From Oscillospiraceae bacterium UBA6370 (lineage in GTDB: Bacteria; Bacillota; Clostridia; Oscillospirales; Oscillospiraceae), in the NCBI GenBank assembly GCA_002437735.1, contig DJRC01000081.1:1-48369 (forward strand): a stretch of 48,369 bases of DNA, in the 5' to 3' direction. Below, in pieces: positions 26,197-35,850 of this stretch (position 1 is its first letter; each line of letters begins with the position of its first letter). The position numbers and the translations under genes were made by a program. The notes under the pieces were generated by a model. The model was not told where the DNA came from, did no database searches, and saw only the letters and a list, made by a program, of their open reading frames with translations.

Positions 26197-27561
26197 TCAA
26201 GGGCCGAGCAGATGCGCCAACGCGTCTTCAACCGATCTTTGCAGGCTCACTTCGATCTCCGGCGTCGAAACGGGCTGCTCCAAAAGCTCCGCTGTGGAGA
26301 CAGGAAAGTTGCCGCCCTCACGGCTGCGCAGCAGATAGATCAGCCCGAGGGTCATCGCGTTGCGCTTCGCCTCGATGATCGCAGCCTCCTCATAGCCGCC
26401 CGTCTCGCGCAGGGCGCGCACCAGTCCGTGGCGCATCTCAGCGAGATAAATGGGCTGGTAGAAGCCGCCGAACACCGTGAAATTGCGGAGAAAGTGCGCC
26501 TCCAGAAAGCAGAGAAACAGGCCAGGCAGCAGCGACCCGTCCCGCAGCCCCTCCGTCAGCGCCTGCGGCGTGAGGGGGACGGTCACAGCCTCCCCCAGCG
26601 AGCTTTGACCCGTCAGCGCCGCCGTGCCCGCGCTCTCGCGCAGCCGCAGAGGGAACAGCGCCGCGCGGCGGTCGAGTCCCCAGAAAAAGTGCGTGCCGCC
26701 GGCGTCTCCCGTCCAGCAGCCGGAAACGCCGTCCAGCGCCCGCAGCAGCGCCGCGCGCAGCTCGCGCCGGAACAGCAGTTGACAGGTGAGCGCGGCTTCC
26801 GTCCGAAGATCCCTTTCCAGCAGGCGGGCGGTGAGCGTCTCCATCGGCATCCAGAGGTACTGCGGCGCGCGGTCGGTAAAGTACCGCTGTGAAAGCATGG
26901 CGTTTATGACCGTGGTCTGCTCCCGCAGCGTACCGCAGCGCTGCACACGGTCGGAGAGCAGGACCTCGCGGCAGAAGCGCTCCAACGCGTCGGCCGTGCG
27001 AAGCGTGCAGGAGCCGTGCCGCGTCTCCTGCCGCAGGCGGTTCAGAGCATTGTCTACCATGTCCGGGGAAATGCCCTCCACAGCGGCCACGCAGGCGTGG
27101 CGCAGCTTGAACGGATAAAACGGCAACCGCAGGCAGCCTCCCGGCTTGGTGCAGTCGTAGACCAGCATACCCCGTGGGTAGACATTGTTGTCCAGTCTCG
27201 GGTTGGCACAGGACAGAAACGGAACGACCGCCCCGGTTTCGCCCTGCAACCGCAGCCACCGGTCGCAGAGGATCGTGTCCTGCACGGTCATGTACTCGAA
27301 TGCGGGATGATGGTGATTGGCGGTGGCCAGACAGCGGCGGCGCCGGAGAACATCCGCACATTCTCTGGCAGTCTCCGCACCGAAAAAGGGCGTGAAGTAG
27401 TCCCGCACCTCTGTCAGCAGATCCTCCGAGGGCAGAATATCGGGCAGCGGCCGGTGACGGATCTGTCCGAGATAGGCGAGCAGCGTGTCGCCGCCGTGCC
27501 GCCGCAGCAGCTCCGCGGCTGCCGGGTAATTTTCAGCAAGTGCCGTCATATGCTCCGTCAT
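26197..27561 (-). CDS. Hypothetical soluble protein (454 aa), enzyme-like
   Basis: Long ORF overlapping the MATE gene end; conserved-looking blocks LATANHHHP, NNVYPRG, GGTHFFWG, GGFYQ..YL. Confidence 0.75.
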   Translation of the reverse strand: MTEHMTALAENYPAAAELLRRHGGDTLLAYLGQIRHRPLPDILPSEDLLTEVRDYFTPFFGAETARECADVLRRRRCLATANHHHPAFEYMTVQDTILCDRWLRLQGETGAVVPFLSCANPRLDNNVYPRGMLVYDCTKPGGCLRLPFYPFKLRHACVAAVEGISPDMVDNALNRLRQETRHGSCTLRTADALERFCREVLLSDRVQRCGTLREQTTVINAMLSQRYFTDRAPQYLWMPMETLTARLLERDLRTEAALTCQLLFRRELRAALLRALDGVSGCWTGDAGGTHFFWGLDRRAALFPLRLRESAGTAALTGQSSLGEAVTVPLTPQALTEGLRDGSLLPGLFLCFLEAHFLRNFTVFGGFYQPIYLAEMRHGLVRALRETGGYEEAAIIEAKRNAMTLGLIYLLRSREGGNFPVSTAELLEQPVSTPEIEVSLQRSVEDALAHLLGP

Positions 27562-29314
27562 TTTGCGCCGCCTCCAGTTTGATCGAAAGCACCGTGTTGT
27601 TCATGTTCATGATGCGCGTATAGGTCTTCTGGTCGGTGAGCCGCTCGAGCAGGCTGATGTTGTTCATCTGAAGGATGTCCTCCTCGTCCACGAACGCCAG
27701 CGGGTCGAAGGGCGCGCCGTCGTCGCGGATACGGACGATCAGGCTGCCCTCCTCCAAAAGAAGGCAAATGTCGATCATGCTCACATGCCCGTTGTGGTTG
27801 ATAATGTTGAGGGCGGCCTCCTCGAAGGCGATGGCCAGCAGGACGCCCTTGTTGCGAGGAATGCCGTTCTGCTGGCAGAACCGATCGATCTCCCGGTGAA
27901 TGTCCGCGACGCTCTCCGGTTTTCCTGTGATGGAAAAGCTGTGGCAGCTCCGGTCCGTCTGATCCTCCAGACCGAGGAGAGCGACGTTCTCGCAGGTCTG
28001 TTTTTCCCGGAGCAGCGTGACCGCCGGGGACAGCAGCTCCACCAGCAGGCACCAAACGGCCACGGTGGGATTGCTGCTCCAATGGAGCCACGAGATGGCT
28101 GCCACACAGGGCAGCAGGAGAAGTATTTTGAGCACCACGTTCTGCAGCGTCAGCAAGAGCACAGACAGATTCTGCCGTTGGACGCTGGGGTAGAGTCTGG
28201 CGAGCAGATCGTTGAGCCAGAGAAAAGGCAGGCTGAGCAGCATGATGCGGAGCGCGAGCACGGTGTCTGGCTCCGCGGCGATGCCGTAGGAGTTGAGAAA
28301 CGGCGCGGAGAAGCAAAACAGTCCCGCCATGAGCGCCGCGACGAGCGCATAGGTGTACTTGGACAAAAGAGCCAGCATCTTCCGTAGCCCGTAGAAGTCG
28401 CGTTCGCCGTAGAGCATACTGCCCAGCGTGGAGATCGTCTGCAGCGCGCCGCCCGCCAGAATGCGCAGGATGAAGCGAAGCTGGCTGTACACCGCATAGA
28501 GCGCCACGCCGATGTTGCCCACGAAGTACATCAGAAGCAGGTTCACCGTCAAGCCGGAGAAAATGCGCGAGGCCTTGTCTGTGGCAAAGGAGGAGCAGGA
28601 CGAGGCCAGCTCCCGACCGGTCTCGCGCAGGTCGCCGGCACGCAGAACAAAGCGGAAGGTGCGTTTTTTGGACAGCAGGTAGGGAAGCACCACCAGAATA
28701 CCCGCCGCGTTGCCGAGCAGGGAAGCCGCGGCGGCGCCGGCGACGCCCATGCGAAGATACTTCATAAAGACAACGTCCAGCACGATGTTCGCTCCGTTGG
28801 CGGCAACGACCGAGCCCATGGCCAGCTTGGAGCGATCGTCCAGAATGGCGAAGCTGGAAAGAACGAGATTGGCGCCGACAAAGGGCGACGAGAGCAGGGT
28901 GAAGAAGGCGTAGCGCGCCACATCGCCCGCAATCGCGCCGTTGTTGGACAGGATGCCGCTGAAAAAACCGCAGAACGGCAGCAGGCACCAACAGAGAAGC
29001 CCGCCTGCGAGCGTCAGAAGAAAGGACAGGGTGAAGACCCCGTTGGCCTGGCGGAGCTTTCTCTTGCCCAGCAGGATGCCCGCGGCGACCGGTCCGCCGG
29101 AGGAGAGGACGAAGCCGAAAAGCTCCGCCACATCCACAAAGCTGTCACAAAGGCCGGCGGCAGCAACGGCGTCGGCGCCCAAAAGGGCGCCGATGAGCAT
29201 AAAGTCCACAACGGAGACCAGGTAGGTGGAGGCCGTCACCACCGTGCCGACGCCGAAAAACTCCCGCGTCTTGCTGCGTATAATGGCCTCGTTCCGCAAG
29301 TATTCATATCCCAT
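27533..29314 (-). CDS. MATE family transporter fused to C-terminal RsbW-like HATPase domain
   Basis: About 12 TM segments with NIVLD...MGVAGAAAAS; C-terminal FEEAALNII.H...IRDDGAPFDP. Confidence 0.88.
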   Translation of the reverse strand: MGYEYLRNEAIIRSKTREFFGVGTVVTASTYLVSVVDFMLIGALLGADAVAAAGLCDSFVDVAELFGFVLSSGGPVAAGILLGKRKLRQANGVFTLSFLLTLAGGLLCWCLLPFCGFFSGILSNNGAIAGDVARYAFFTLLSSPFVGANLVLSSFAILDDRSKLAMGSVVAANGANIVLDVVFMKYLRMGVAGAAAASLLGNAAGILVVLPYLLSKKRTFRFVLRAGDLRETGRELASSCSSFATDKASRIFSGLTVNLLLMYFVGNIGVALYAVYSQLRFILRILAGGALQTISTLGSMLYGERDFYGLRKMLALLSKYTYALVAALMAGLFCFSAPFLNSYGIAAEPDTVLALRIMLLSLPFLWLNDLLARLYPSVQRQNLSVLLLTLQNVVLKILLLLPCVAAISWLHWSSNPTVAVWCLLVELLSPAVTLLREKQTCENVALLGLEDQTDRSCHSFSITGKPESVADIHREIDRFCQQNGIPRNKGVLLAIAFEEAALNIINHNGHVSMIDICLLLEEGSLIVRIRDDGAPFDPLAFVDEEDILQMNNISLLERLTDQKTYTRIMNMNNTVLSIKLEAAQNDGAYDGTC

Positions 29315-29365
29315 TTTGCTTTCCGCCTTTCACGCTTCGGGACGGTCGCGCACTGGTGCGCGGGT

Positions 29366-30955
29366 CTATCCCGGGTTTCTGAGACATTCCGTATCCAGCA
29401 TTCCCAGCTGACCGGCGACGGTCGTGACCTCGACCTGCAGGCAGGTTAGGTTGGATGCCGTCGCGATAAAGTCGATCATGGAATTGATCGCGACAGCCAG
29501 AGCGAGGGCCTCGCCCGGGATGCCGAGCTGGGTGAACATGACCGTGTAGCAGGTCAGCGCGCCGCCGGGAATGGGCGGCATCGCCAGCGACAAAAGCCCG
29601 GTCACAACGATCATTGTAAGGAGCCACGCGGGCGTGATGGCCGTGCCGTAATTTTCCGCCATGCACAGGCAGGTCGCCACAAAGGCAATTGCAACGCTGG
29701 GCATATAGAGGACCTGCCCGAGGGGAACGGCAAAACGCACGAGCATCGACGGAATGCCCAGCTTCTTTTCGCAGGTCTCCAGATTGGTGGCGAACGCCGC
29801 GGAGGACGACGCCGTGGTGAGACCGATGAGGAAGGTCGGCAGCAGCTTTTGCACAAGCAGCCGGAAACTCACCTTGTGCCGCGCGGCAAGGATGCCGATG
29901 AATACGAGACACATCAGCGGGCAAAGGACATAGGTGATGACGATGGCCTTGAGGATGCCCGAGATTTCGGAGCCGAAGTCGGAGTCCAGCAGGGCGAACA
30001 GGCTGAAGAACACAAAGAGCGGGATCAAGTCACCGATGGCCTCCATGAGGAACTGGACCACCTCGTTCGTCTGCTCAATGAACGTGCGGACGGCGGCGGC
30101 ACGGTCGCCAAGGACCAGCAGGGCAATGCCGACGGCGGTACCCAGAAAAATGATCTGCAGCGTATTTCCGTTCAGGAACGGAGAGACGATATCCGAGGGA
30201 ACGATATCCAAAATGATCTGATAGATGGTCGAGAATCCGCTCAGCGCCGCGCCGCCTGAGGAGAGCTCCGGCGGGAAAAGCCATAAAAGGCAGACGGTCG
30301 CCCCCGCGCTGGCGAGGAAGCTCAGCACCGCGATGCGGCCGATCACCTTTTTTCCGATCCTTCCCATGATGGTCATATCGCCGATGTTGAAGATGCCCCA
30401 GCAGATCGCCAGGAAGATCATCGGCGAGGAGATGGCGCGCAGCAGGTTTAAGATCAGTGTAAAGAGCGGGTCAGTCACGGCTCGGACGACCGCCTGCACG
30501 CCAACGGGGAGCAGACGCTGCAGCAGACCGAGGACGACCGCCGACACGATGGCAAGCAGGAGCTTCTGCATCTGCCCCAGCTTCCGCTTTCTGGGCGGCT
30601 CTACGGTCAGGCAGTTTTCGCCGTTTTGGTAGCTCTGTGTCAGCGTGAGGCCCGCCTGCGCCAGCAGACGGCTGGAAAGCAGGCAGCTTTCTAACGCGGC
30701 GTCGCTCTGAAGCTCCTTCCCCTCGACGCGGATCTCGATCCGCTGCTTGCCCAGACGTTTTTTCGCGCAGAAGGTGACCGGCGCGCCGGGGAGTGCGGAG
30801 GACCAGCCCTCCAGGATCTCCTCCAGTGAGAGGCGAAGCCGCAGGATATCCTTTCGGTCCGCCTCCGCCTCCGTCAGAGAATTCGCGAACTCCTGCGAAA
30901 GAAGATCCACGGTCTCCGGCGACAGCCGGTAGCTTTTCTTTCTCGATGTCAGCAT
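29366..30955 (-). CDS. Dicarboxylate/amino acid:cation symporter with N-terminal degenerate HATPase-like domain
   Basis: TASSSAA, VPLG and PPIPGG motifs; N-terminal LRLRLSLEEIL. Confidence 0.9.
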   Translation of the reverse strand: MLTSRKKSYRLSPETVDLLSQEFANSLTEAEADRKDILRLRLSLEEILEGWSSALPGAPVTFCAKKRLGKQRIEIRVEGKELQSDAALESCLLSSRLLAQAGLTLTQSYQNGENCLTVEPPRKRKLGQMQKLLLAIVSAVVLGLLQRLLPVGVQAVVRAVTDPLFTLILNLLRAISSPMIFLAICWGIFNIGDMTIMGRIGKKVIGRIAVLSFLASAGATVCLLWLFPPELSSGGAALSGFSTIYQIILDIVPSDIVSPFLNGNTLQIIFLGTAVGIALLVLGDRAAAVRTFIEQTNEVVQFLMEAIGDLIPLFVFFSLFALLDSDFGSEISGILKAIVITYVLCPLMCLVFIGILAARHKVSFRLLVQKLLPTFLIGLTTASSSAAFATNLETCEKKLGIPSMLVRFAVPLGQVLYMPSVAIAFVATCLCMAENYGTAITPAWLLTMIVVTGLLSLAMPPIPGGALTCYTVMFTQLGIPGEALALAVAINSMIDFIATASNLTCLQVEVTTVAGQLGMLDTECLRNPG

Positions 30956-31009
30956 ACTTGTTTCCTCCCACTCATCCGTTCCTTTTTTGCCGCGTTTCCG
31001 AGCAAACGC

Positions 31010-31245
31010 TCACTCGATGCTCAGAATGTCGGAAAAGCCCGTGACCTCAAATATCTCCATCACGGCCTCGTTCACGTTTTTGAAACACTATTTTTCCCTG
31101 CTGCTTCATGAGCTTCTGTATCGCGAGCAGCACACGAAGGCTCGCAGAGGAGATAGACTCCGGCTTCTCCATGTCAGCTACCGGACGCGTGACGCCGCCG
31201 CAGAGCTCCTCCGGCCTCGGCGCGGTCATCGTGTCCCTCCGCATA
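31010..31245 (-). pseudogene. STAS-domain anti-sigma-factor antagonist, frameshifted and 5'-truncated
   Basis: DTMTAP...DMEKPESISSASLRVLLAIQKLMKQQG, then after a frameshift near 31080 KNVNEAVMEIFEVTGFSDILSIE*. Confidence 0.8.
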
Positions 31246-31263
31246 AAGCTCTTCCACCGGAGC

Positions 31264-31545
31264 CTATGGCTTGCTCTCCTGCCGCTCCGCCTTTCGCTCA
31301 AGCAGCATCTGATCCGTTTTCTGCCGCAGAAGCAGCAGCATATCCAGCTGCTCGGCGTTGAGGTCCAGCCCCCGCTCCCGGAACAGCGACAGGAGCTTTT
31401 CACGGTACTCGCTCTCTTGCAGCGTCGGATACTGCTTTGCCAGCTCGTTGAGCTTTTGCCGCAGCTCCTCGTTGGTGTCCGCTTCCCAGTTGAATTTGGC
31501 GGTCTCCGCAAAGGAGAGCTTTTTCTTCTTCCAAGGCCAGTTCAT
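31264..31545 (-). CDS. Hypothetical protein
   Basis: SD AAAGGA upstream; 93 aa, helical. Confidence 0.6.
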   Translation of the reverse strand: MNWPWKKKKLSFAETAKFNWEADTNEELRQKLNELAKQYPTLQESEYREKLLSLFRERGLDLNAEQLDMLLLLRQKTDQMLLERKAERQESKP

Positions 31546-31693
31546 AACAATTGTCCTTTCCGCGTCCCTGCGCTGTCATCGGCGGGCGGCATTCTTCCTT
31601 TTACGGAAAAGAATACCATATGCGTTGCCCCGCCGGAGCGGAAATGCCGGAATTGGTCATTCTGCCTCCCAAATTGGTCGCGGGCAAAAAAGA

Positions 31694-31715
31694 AAAACCG
31701 CCCTCGGGCGGTTTT
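31694..31715 (-). terminator. Intrinsic terminator after kinase gene
   Basis: aaaaccgcc-ctcg-ggcggtttt with an A-run on the left. Confidence 0.75.
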
Positions 31716-31728
31716 CCGGATTCCGTAT

Positions 31729-33006
31729 CTATGGATTGAGAATGACGCAGGCGGTGCAGACGCCTGCTTCGACCTTGTAGTGTACCTCACCCTGATAGCG
31801 CTCGGCGGCGGAAACAATGCTGTCGATCCCGATGCTCCGCTCTGCGGGCAGGCCGTTTTCCAGCTTCAAGTTGACGCAGGGGTTGCTTACCGCGAGGACC
31901 GTCTTTTTCCCGACGTTTCGGATGTGGACGCGGATGGGGCCGACGCTGTGCGCCGCAGCGCAGGCATGGAGGGCGTTTTCCAGAAGGTTCGCGAGAATGG
32001 CGACGAAGTCCACGTCGGCCACGTCGGACTGCGCGGGCGTGTCCGCCTGCGCGGTGAACGCCACGCCCGCCGCCTTCGCCTTTTCGGCGTAGGAGTGCAG
32101 CAGCTCGTTGACCATGGGGTGCGGGCACCACGCGGGGAAGCTCTCGACGGTCTCCTGCTCCTGCTCAAGATAGCGCAGAATGCCGTCGGTGTTACCCGCG
32201 CGCGCCATGGCAGCGATGCAGGCATCGTGATGCCGCTTGTCGTGGCGGATGCGGCGGCTCTCCCGCTCCGCCCGGCCGACGGTCTCCGCATAGCTCGTCA
32301 GATACTCCAGCTTCTGCTTGACGAGCGCTTCTCTGGCATCCCTGCGCATATAAAAAATGTTGCCGATGCTCAAAACGCTGACCGAGACGTAGGTGCATAC
32401 CGTGGAGCAGAAGGCGAACAACGTATCCGGCTCCACCCCGTTGTCCATGCGAATTTTGGATATAAGAGCCGTGAAGAGAAAAAGGTATATCCCGGAGACG
32501 ATGCTTAGGATTCTCCAGCTCTGCTTTCGAAAGCCGCTGACCTCGCGGAGCAGCGGTCTGCCGTATTTCCGGTAGGTGAGCAGGATAGGCAGCGCTGTGA
32601 CAATGTGGAGCGCGGTGCGCACAAGGTATTTGACCGCCGCCGGGCGGTCGGGCAGCAGAAAATAGCACAGATAAAGGCCACCGGACCAGGAGATGCAGCA
32701 CACGCAGAAAAACGTGATGAGCAGATAGACCTTTTTCCAGAAGCCGTCCGCAGACACCGTGATAAAAACAGCGGAATAGCTGAGAAAGCCGACCGTCAGC
32801 GATACCGGCAGCCGCAGCGGTGCCGGCAACAGAGCGAAGCACAGGTAGAGATCCAGCAGCAGGATAAGTCCCTCCGAGCCCCACAGCAGCGCCGTCTTTC
32901 GCACGGGCCAACGCCGCTCCTGCATCAGCAGGCCGGCCGCCAGAAGCGCCGCAAAGATCGCCAGTCCCACATAGAGGATCGTTCCGATGTAGCGGGGGTC
33001 CGTCAT
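31729..33006 (-). CDS. AgrC-like membrane sensor histidine kinase (GHKL)
   Basis: Multiple TM segments; H box RRIRHDKRHH; ILANLLENALHAC. Confidence 0.9.
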   Translation of the reverse strand: MTDPRYIGTILYVGLAIFAALLAAGLLMQERRWPVRKTALLWGSEGLILLLDLYLCFALLPAPLRLPVSLTVGFLSYSAVFITVSADGFWKKVYLLITFFCVCCISWSGGLYLCYFLLPDRPAAVKYLVRTALHIVTALPILLTYRKYGRPLLREVSGFRKQSWRILSIVSGIYLFLFTALISKIRMDNGVEPDTLFAFCSTVCTYVSVSVLSIGNIFYMRRDAREALVKQKLEYLTSYAETVGRAERESRRIRHDKRHHDACIAAMARAGNTDGILRYLEQEQETVESFPAWCPHPMVNELLHSYAEKAKAAGVAFTAQADTPAQSDVADVDFVAILANLLENALHACAAAHSVGPIRVHIRNVGKKTVLAVSNPCVNLKLENGLPAERSIGIDSIVSAAERYQGEVHYKVEAGVCTACVILNP

Positions 33007-33731
33007 CCGTTTTTGACCTCCTCCAAGTAGAAATCAAAGTACGCCTGCTTAATTTGGGCGCGCAGCCGCCGCGGAACGGGGATGCGCTCACCGCCGTCCA
33101 TGACAAGGTCCGTGCCGGAAAAGCAGCGGACGTGTGCAAGGTTCACAACGTAGGAGGCTCCACACGGGATCATGCCGCGCCGTCCCGCCAGACAATCCTG
33201 CAACTGGGCGGCGGTCAACCGTGCCGTCAGCTTCCGGCCGGAGGCCAGAGAGAAGATGCGCCGCTTGCCGTCGGTCTCGATGTACAGCACGTCCTCCAGC
33301 GCGACGCGGTGCAGCTCGCCCTCGCAGGGGAGCAGAAGCCACGTCCGCTCCTGCCGCAGGGCGATCACGCGATCCAGCGAGGCGCTGAGCTTTTCCTGCG
33401 TGTACGGCTTTTGAATGTAGTCCGCAGCGTGAAGCGCGAAAGCGTCCACCGCGTAATCCGAGCTGGTCGTTAGGAAAAGGATGTCCGTATTTTCGCTGCA
33501 CCGGAGGATGTCCCGCGCCAGCTCCGTCCCCAGCATACCGGGCATACAAATGTCCAGCAGGGCGATATCCGGGCAGCCGCTCTTCTCAAAGGCGTCCAGC
33601 ATCGCAAAGGCGGAGGAATAGACGGTCGTCTCGATGCCGTGCTCACGGTGCGCGTCCGCGTAGACGCGCAGGTTCTCCGCGATTCGCTCGCGGTCTCCAG
33701 TGTCGTCGTCGCAAATGGCTATTTTCAGCAT
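33003..33731 (-). CDS. LytTR family response regulator
   Basis: KIAICDD, LLDICMPG, DYIQKP, VLYIET, SYVVNL. Confidence 0.93.
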   Translation of the reverse strand: MLKIAICDDDTGDRERIAENLRVYADAHREHGIETTVYSSAFAMLDAFEKSGCPDIALLDICMPGMLGTELARDILRCSENTDILFLTTSSDYAVDAFALHAADYIQKPYTQEKLSASLDRVIALRQERTWLLLPCEGELHRVALEDVLYIETDGKRRIFSLASGRKLTARLTAAQLQDCLAGRRGMIPCGASYVVNLAHVRCFSGTDLVMDGGERIPVPRRLRAQIKQAYFDFYLEEVKNG

Positions 33732-33808
33732 CGTCCCGCCTCCTTCGCCGTGTTTTTCTGTATTATATACCGATGCCTGCCGCTTCGCAAGCGGTCGGTT
33801 CACCGGAT

Positions 33809-34216
33809 TCAGCCGCTTTGCGGCTTGATTTCGATGGTTCGGCCGTCGAGACTTTCGTAGATGCGGCGGGAGATGGACAGCACCGTGCGGCCCTCGGACG
33901 CGCAGCGCAGCGCTTCCAGCACGCGCACTTCGGTCTCGGCGTCCAGATCGGCGGTGATCTCGTCGGGCAGCAGCACAGCGGGATCCGCCGCGTCCCGCGC
34001 GATGGGCAAAAACTGCCATTCGCCCTGTGAGAACATCCCATCGGCGCAAGGGGTATCGCAGCCGCCCGGCAGGGCGCAGACGACCGCATCCTCCATGGCG
34101 CGGTCGAGCGCAGAGAGCGGAGCGTCCAATACGAGAATGGGCCGCGGGTAGGTCCGCGTCAACTCCAAACGCTGCGCGCTGGCCGAGCGCATATCGTCTG
34201 TGAAACGGCCGTCCAT
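33809..34216 (-). pseudogene. Degenerate ABC transporter ATPase 3' fragment
   Basis: FSQGEWQ..IAR..ADPAVLLPDEITADLDAETE...GRTVLSISRR; Walker B and H-switch are altered, and there is no Walker A. Confidence 0.75.
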
Positions 34217-34225
34217 ATGCCGATT

Positions 34226-34777
34226 TTATGGCTCATTGCTCGTGTTTGGCGAGGTATTGTCAATAATTTCCCATTTTTCGGTTTTCGGGTCTTGAACCAA
34301 ATAGAAATACTGTTCCGTGTAACCGTCGTTCAGAAAGGTTTTTGTATGGTCGTACTCCACATAGTATTTTGCCAAAACCACGACAAAATGTTCGGATAGA
34401 TATTCGTCCGTCCAGCCTCTTGATCTGGCAAGCTCGCTGCCGGCGTACATCCGGACAACACGCGCGGTTTCGCTTTCGTCCACGTCGATCTCCTCGATGC
34501 GCACGCAGATCGTATATACCTTGTCGGCTTGCCCCTCGATCGCACTTTGGACGGTTTGCGTCGGATCGGCGGAGGGCTTTTGAAACCACCGGTCAAACAG
34601 CCCAAGCTCATGCGCCGTAAAACCGCAAAGTGCCAATACGGCAACGGTGGCGGCGATCAGTATGACGAGCTTTTTGGGGCTTGCCTTCGATATGTGCGGG
34701 CACTTGTAGGAGAGAGCCTCCGCGACATATCGGTCATCCAGCTCACTCATGGCCTCGGCAAACTGCCTTGCATTCAT
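34226..34777 (-). CDS. Putative anti-sigma-type membrane-anchored protein (DUF4829-like C-terminus)
   Basis: FAEAMSELDDRYVAEA N-terminus; one TM helix; ATGA-coupled to the ECF sigma gene. Confidence 0.7.
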   Translation of the reverse strand: MNARQFAEAMSELDDRYVAEALSYKCPHISKASPKKLVILIAATVAVLALCGFTAHELGLFDRWFQKPSADPTQTVQSAIEGQADKVYTICVRIEEIDVDESETARVVRMYAGSELARSRGWTDEYLSEHFVVVLAKYYVEYDHTKTFLNDGYTEQYFYLVQDPKTEKWEIIDNTSPNTSNEP

Positions 34778-35336
34778 ATAAACACCTCTCGTTCCATCAG
34801 ATATTGTCTCAGCTTTCCGCAGATACGGGTCAGACGGACGGATACATTTTTCTCTGTAAGCTCCATAAGCCCGGCGATGTCCCTGCAGCTGTCGGAAAAC
34901 CAATAGCGGCGCATAAAGAGAACACGGTTTTCGACGGTCAGCGTGTCCAAAAAGCCTTCGATGATATGAGCTAACTCTCTATGGCTTCGATTTCGATCTC
35001 CACTGCGTTGGAGGCCGCTATGCAGGCTTCGATCTCCTCCATAGCAACCGTATAGTGACTGCTTCGTTTGGCTGCTTCTTTTCGGTAATAGAGGTTCAAG
35101 GAAATGTTCCGAACGATTTTACAGATGTAGGTCAGCAGCGGGTCGGGCTTCACCGGCGGGATCGCATTCCATGCGCCTAAGTAAGCGTCATTGACGCATT
35201 CCTCCGCGTCCTGTCGGTTGTTCAAAATGCTGTATGATAATTTACGGCAGGCTTTACCGTATTTTATATCCAGCTCTCGTATGCCCTGCTCTGAACGTTC
35301 AAAGAATAATTCGATGATTCCTGCATCCTCCATCAT
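34774..35336 (-). pseudogene. ECF sigma-70 factor, frameshifted
   Basis: Region 2 (DAEECVNDAYL..WNAIPP) is intact. An apparent 2-nt insertion near 34975-34982 causes a stop; the other frame continues ELAHIIEGFLDTL..NRVLFMRRYW...REVFI*. Confidence 0.85.
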
Positions 35337-35652
35337 TTGTACCGCCTCCTTTCCGGCTTCACCTGTATATTACGGCTTTGGCCGCAAATACTACATGATT
35401 CTCAAAGCCTCTCCGGAAAAAATATAGGGCAGCACCGCGCAATTCGGTGAGCCGCTTCGCTTGCCGAATTGCGGCATCTGCCGTTTGGCGGTGCGGCTGC
35501 TCCGACGAGCGAGGCTTCGTACAAAAAAAAGAGACGCGGCGGCCGGATGGCTGCTTCGTCTCTTGACGTTTTGTCGGGGCGCGATGGCGCCTGTACTGCC
35601 GCCGCTCTTCCCGAGCTTACTCCGTCCCTGAATACAAGCTCTGCGCCGCGGG

Positions 35653-35850
35653 CTACGGCTCCGAGAACCGCTCGTTCTCCGGCTCTGCCGCGTCGGCGGC
35701 GCGGCGCTCCGTTTCCGCGAGGGCGGCACGATGACCGGCGAGCGCCGCAAAGGGCGCGAACTGCGCCGCGCGGTCGCGCATGGGCATCCGCGGATGCGTC
35801 TGCGGTTCGGGATGCGGCAGGTCGATGATATCGTCGTATTTTCCGCTCAT
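35653..35850 (-). CDS. Short YolD-like protein (Y-family polymerase partner)
   Basis: YDDIIDLPH...HPRM...RAAQFAPFAAL.G; only 65 aa. Confidence 0.75.
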   Translation of the reverse strand: MSGKYDDIIDLPHPEPQTHPRMPMRDRAAQFAPFAALAGHRAALAETERRAADAAEPENERFSEP

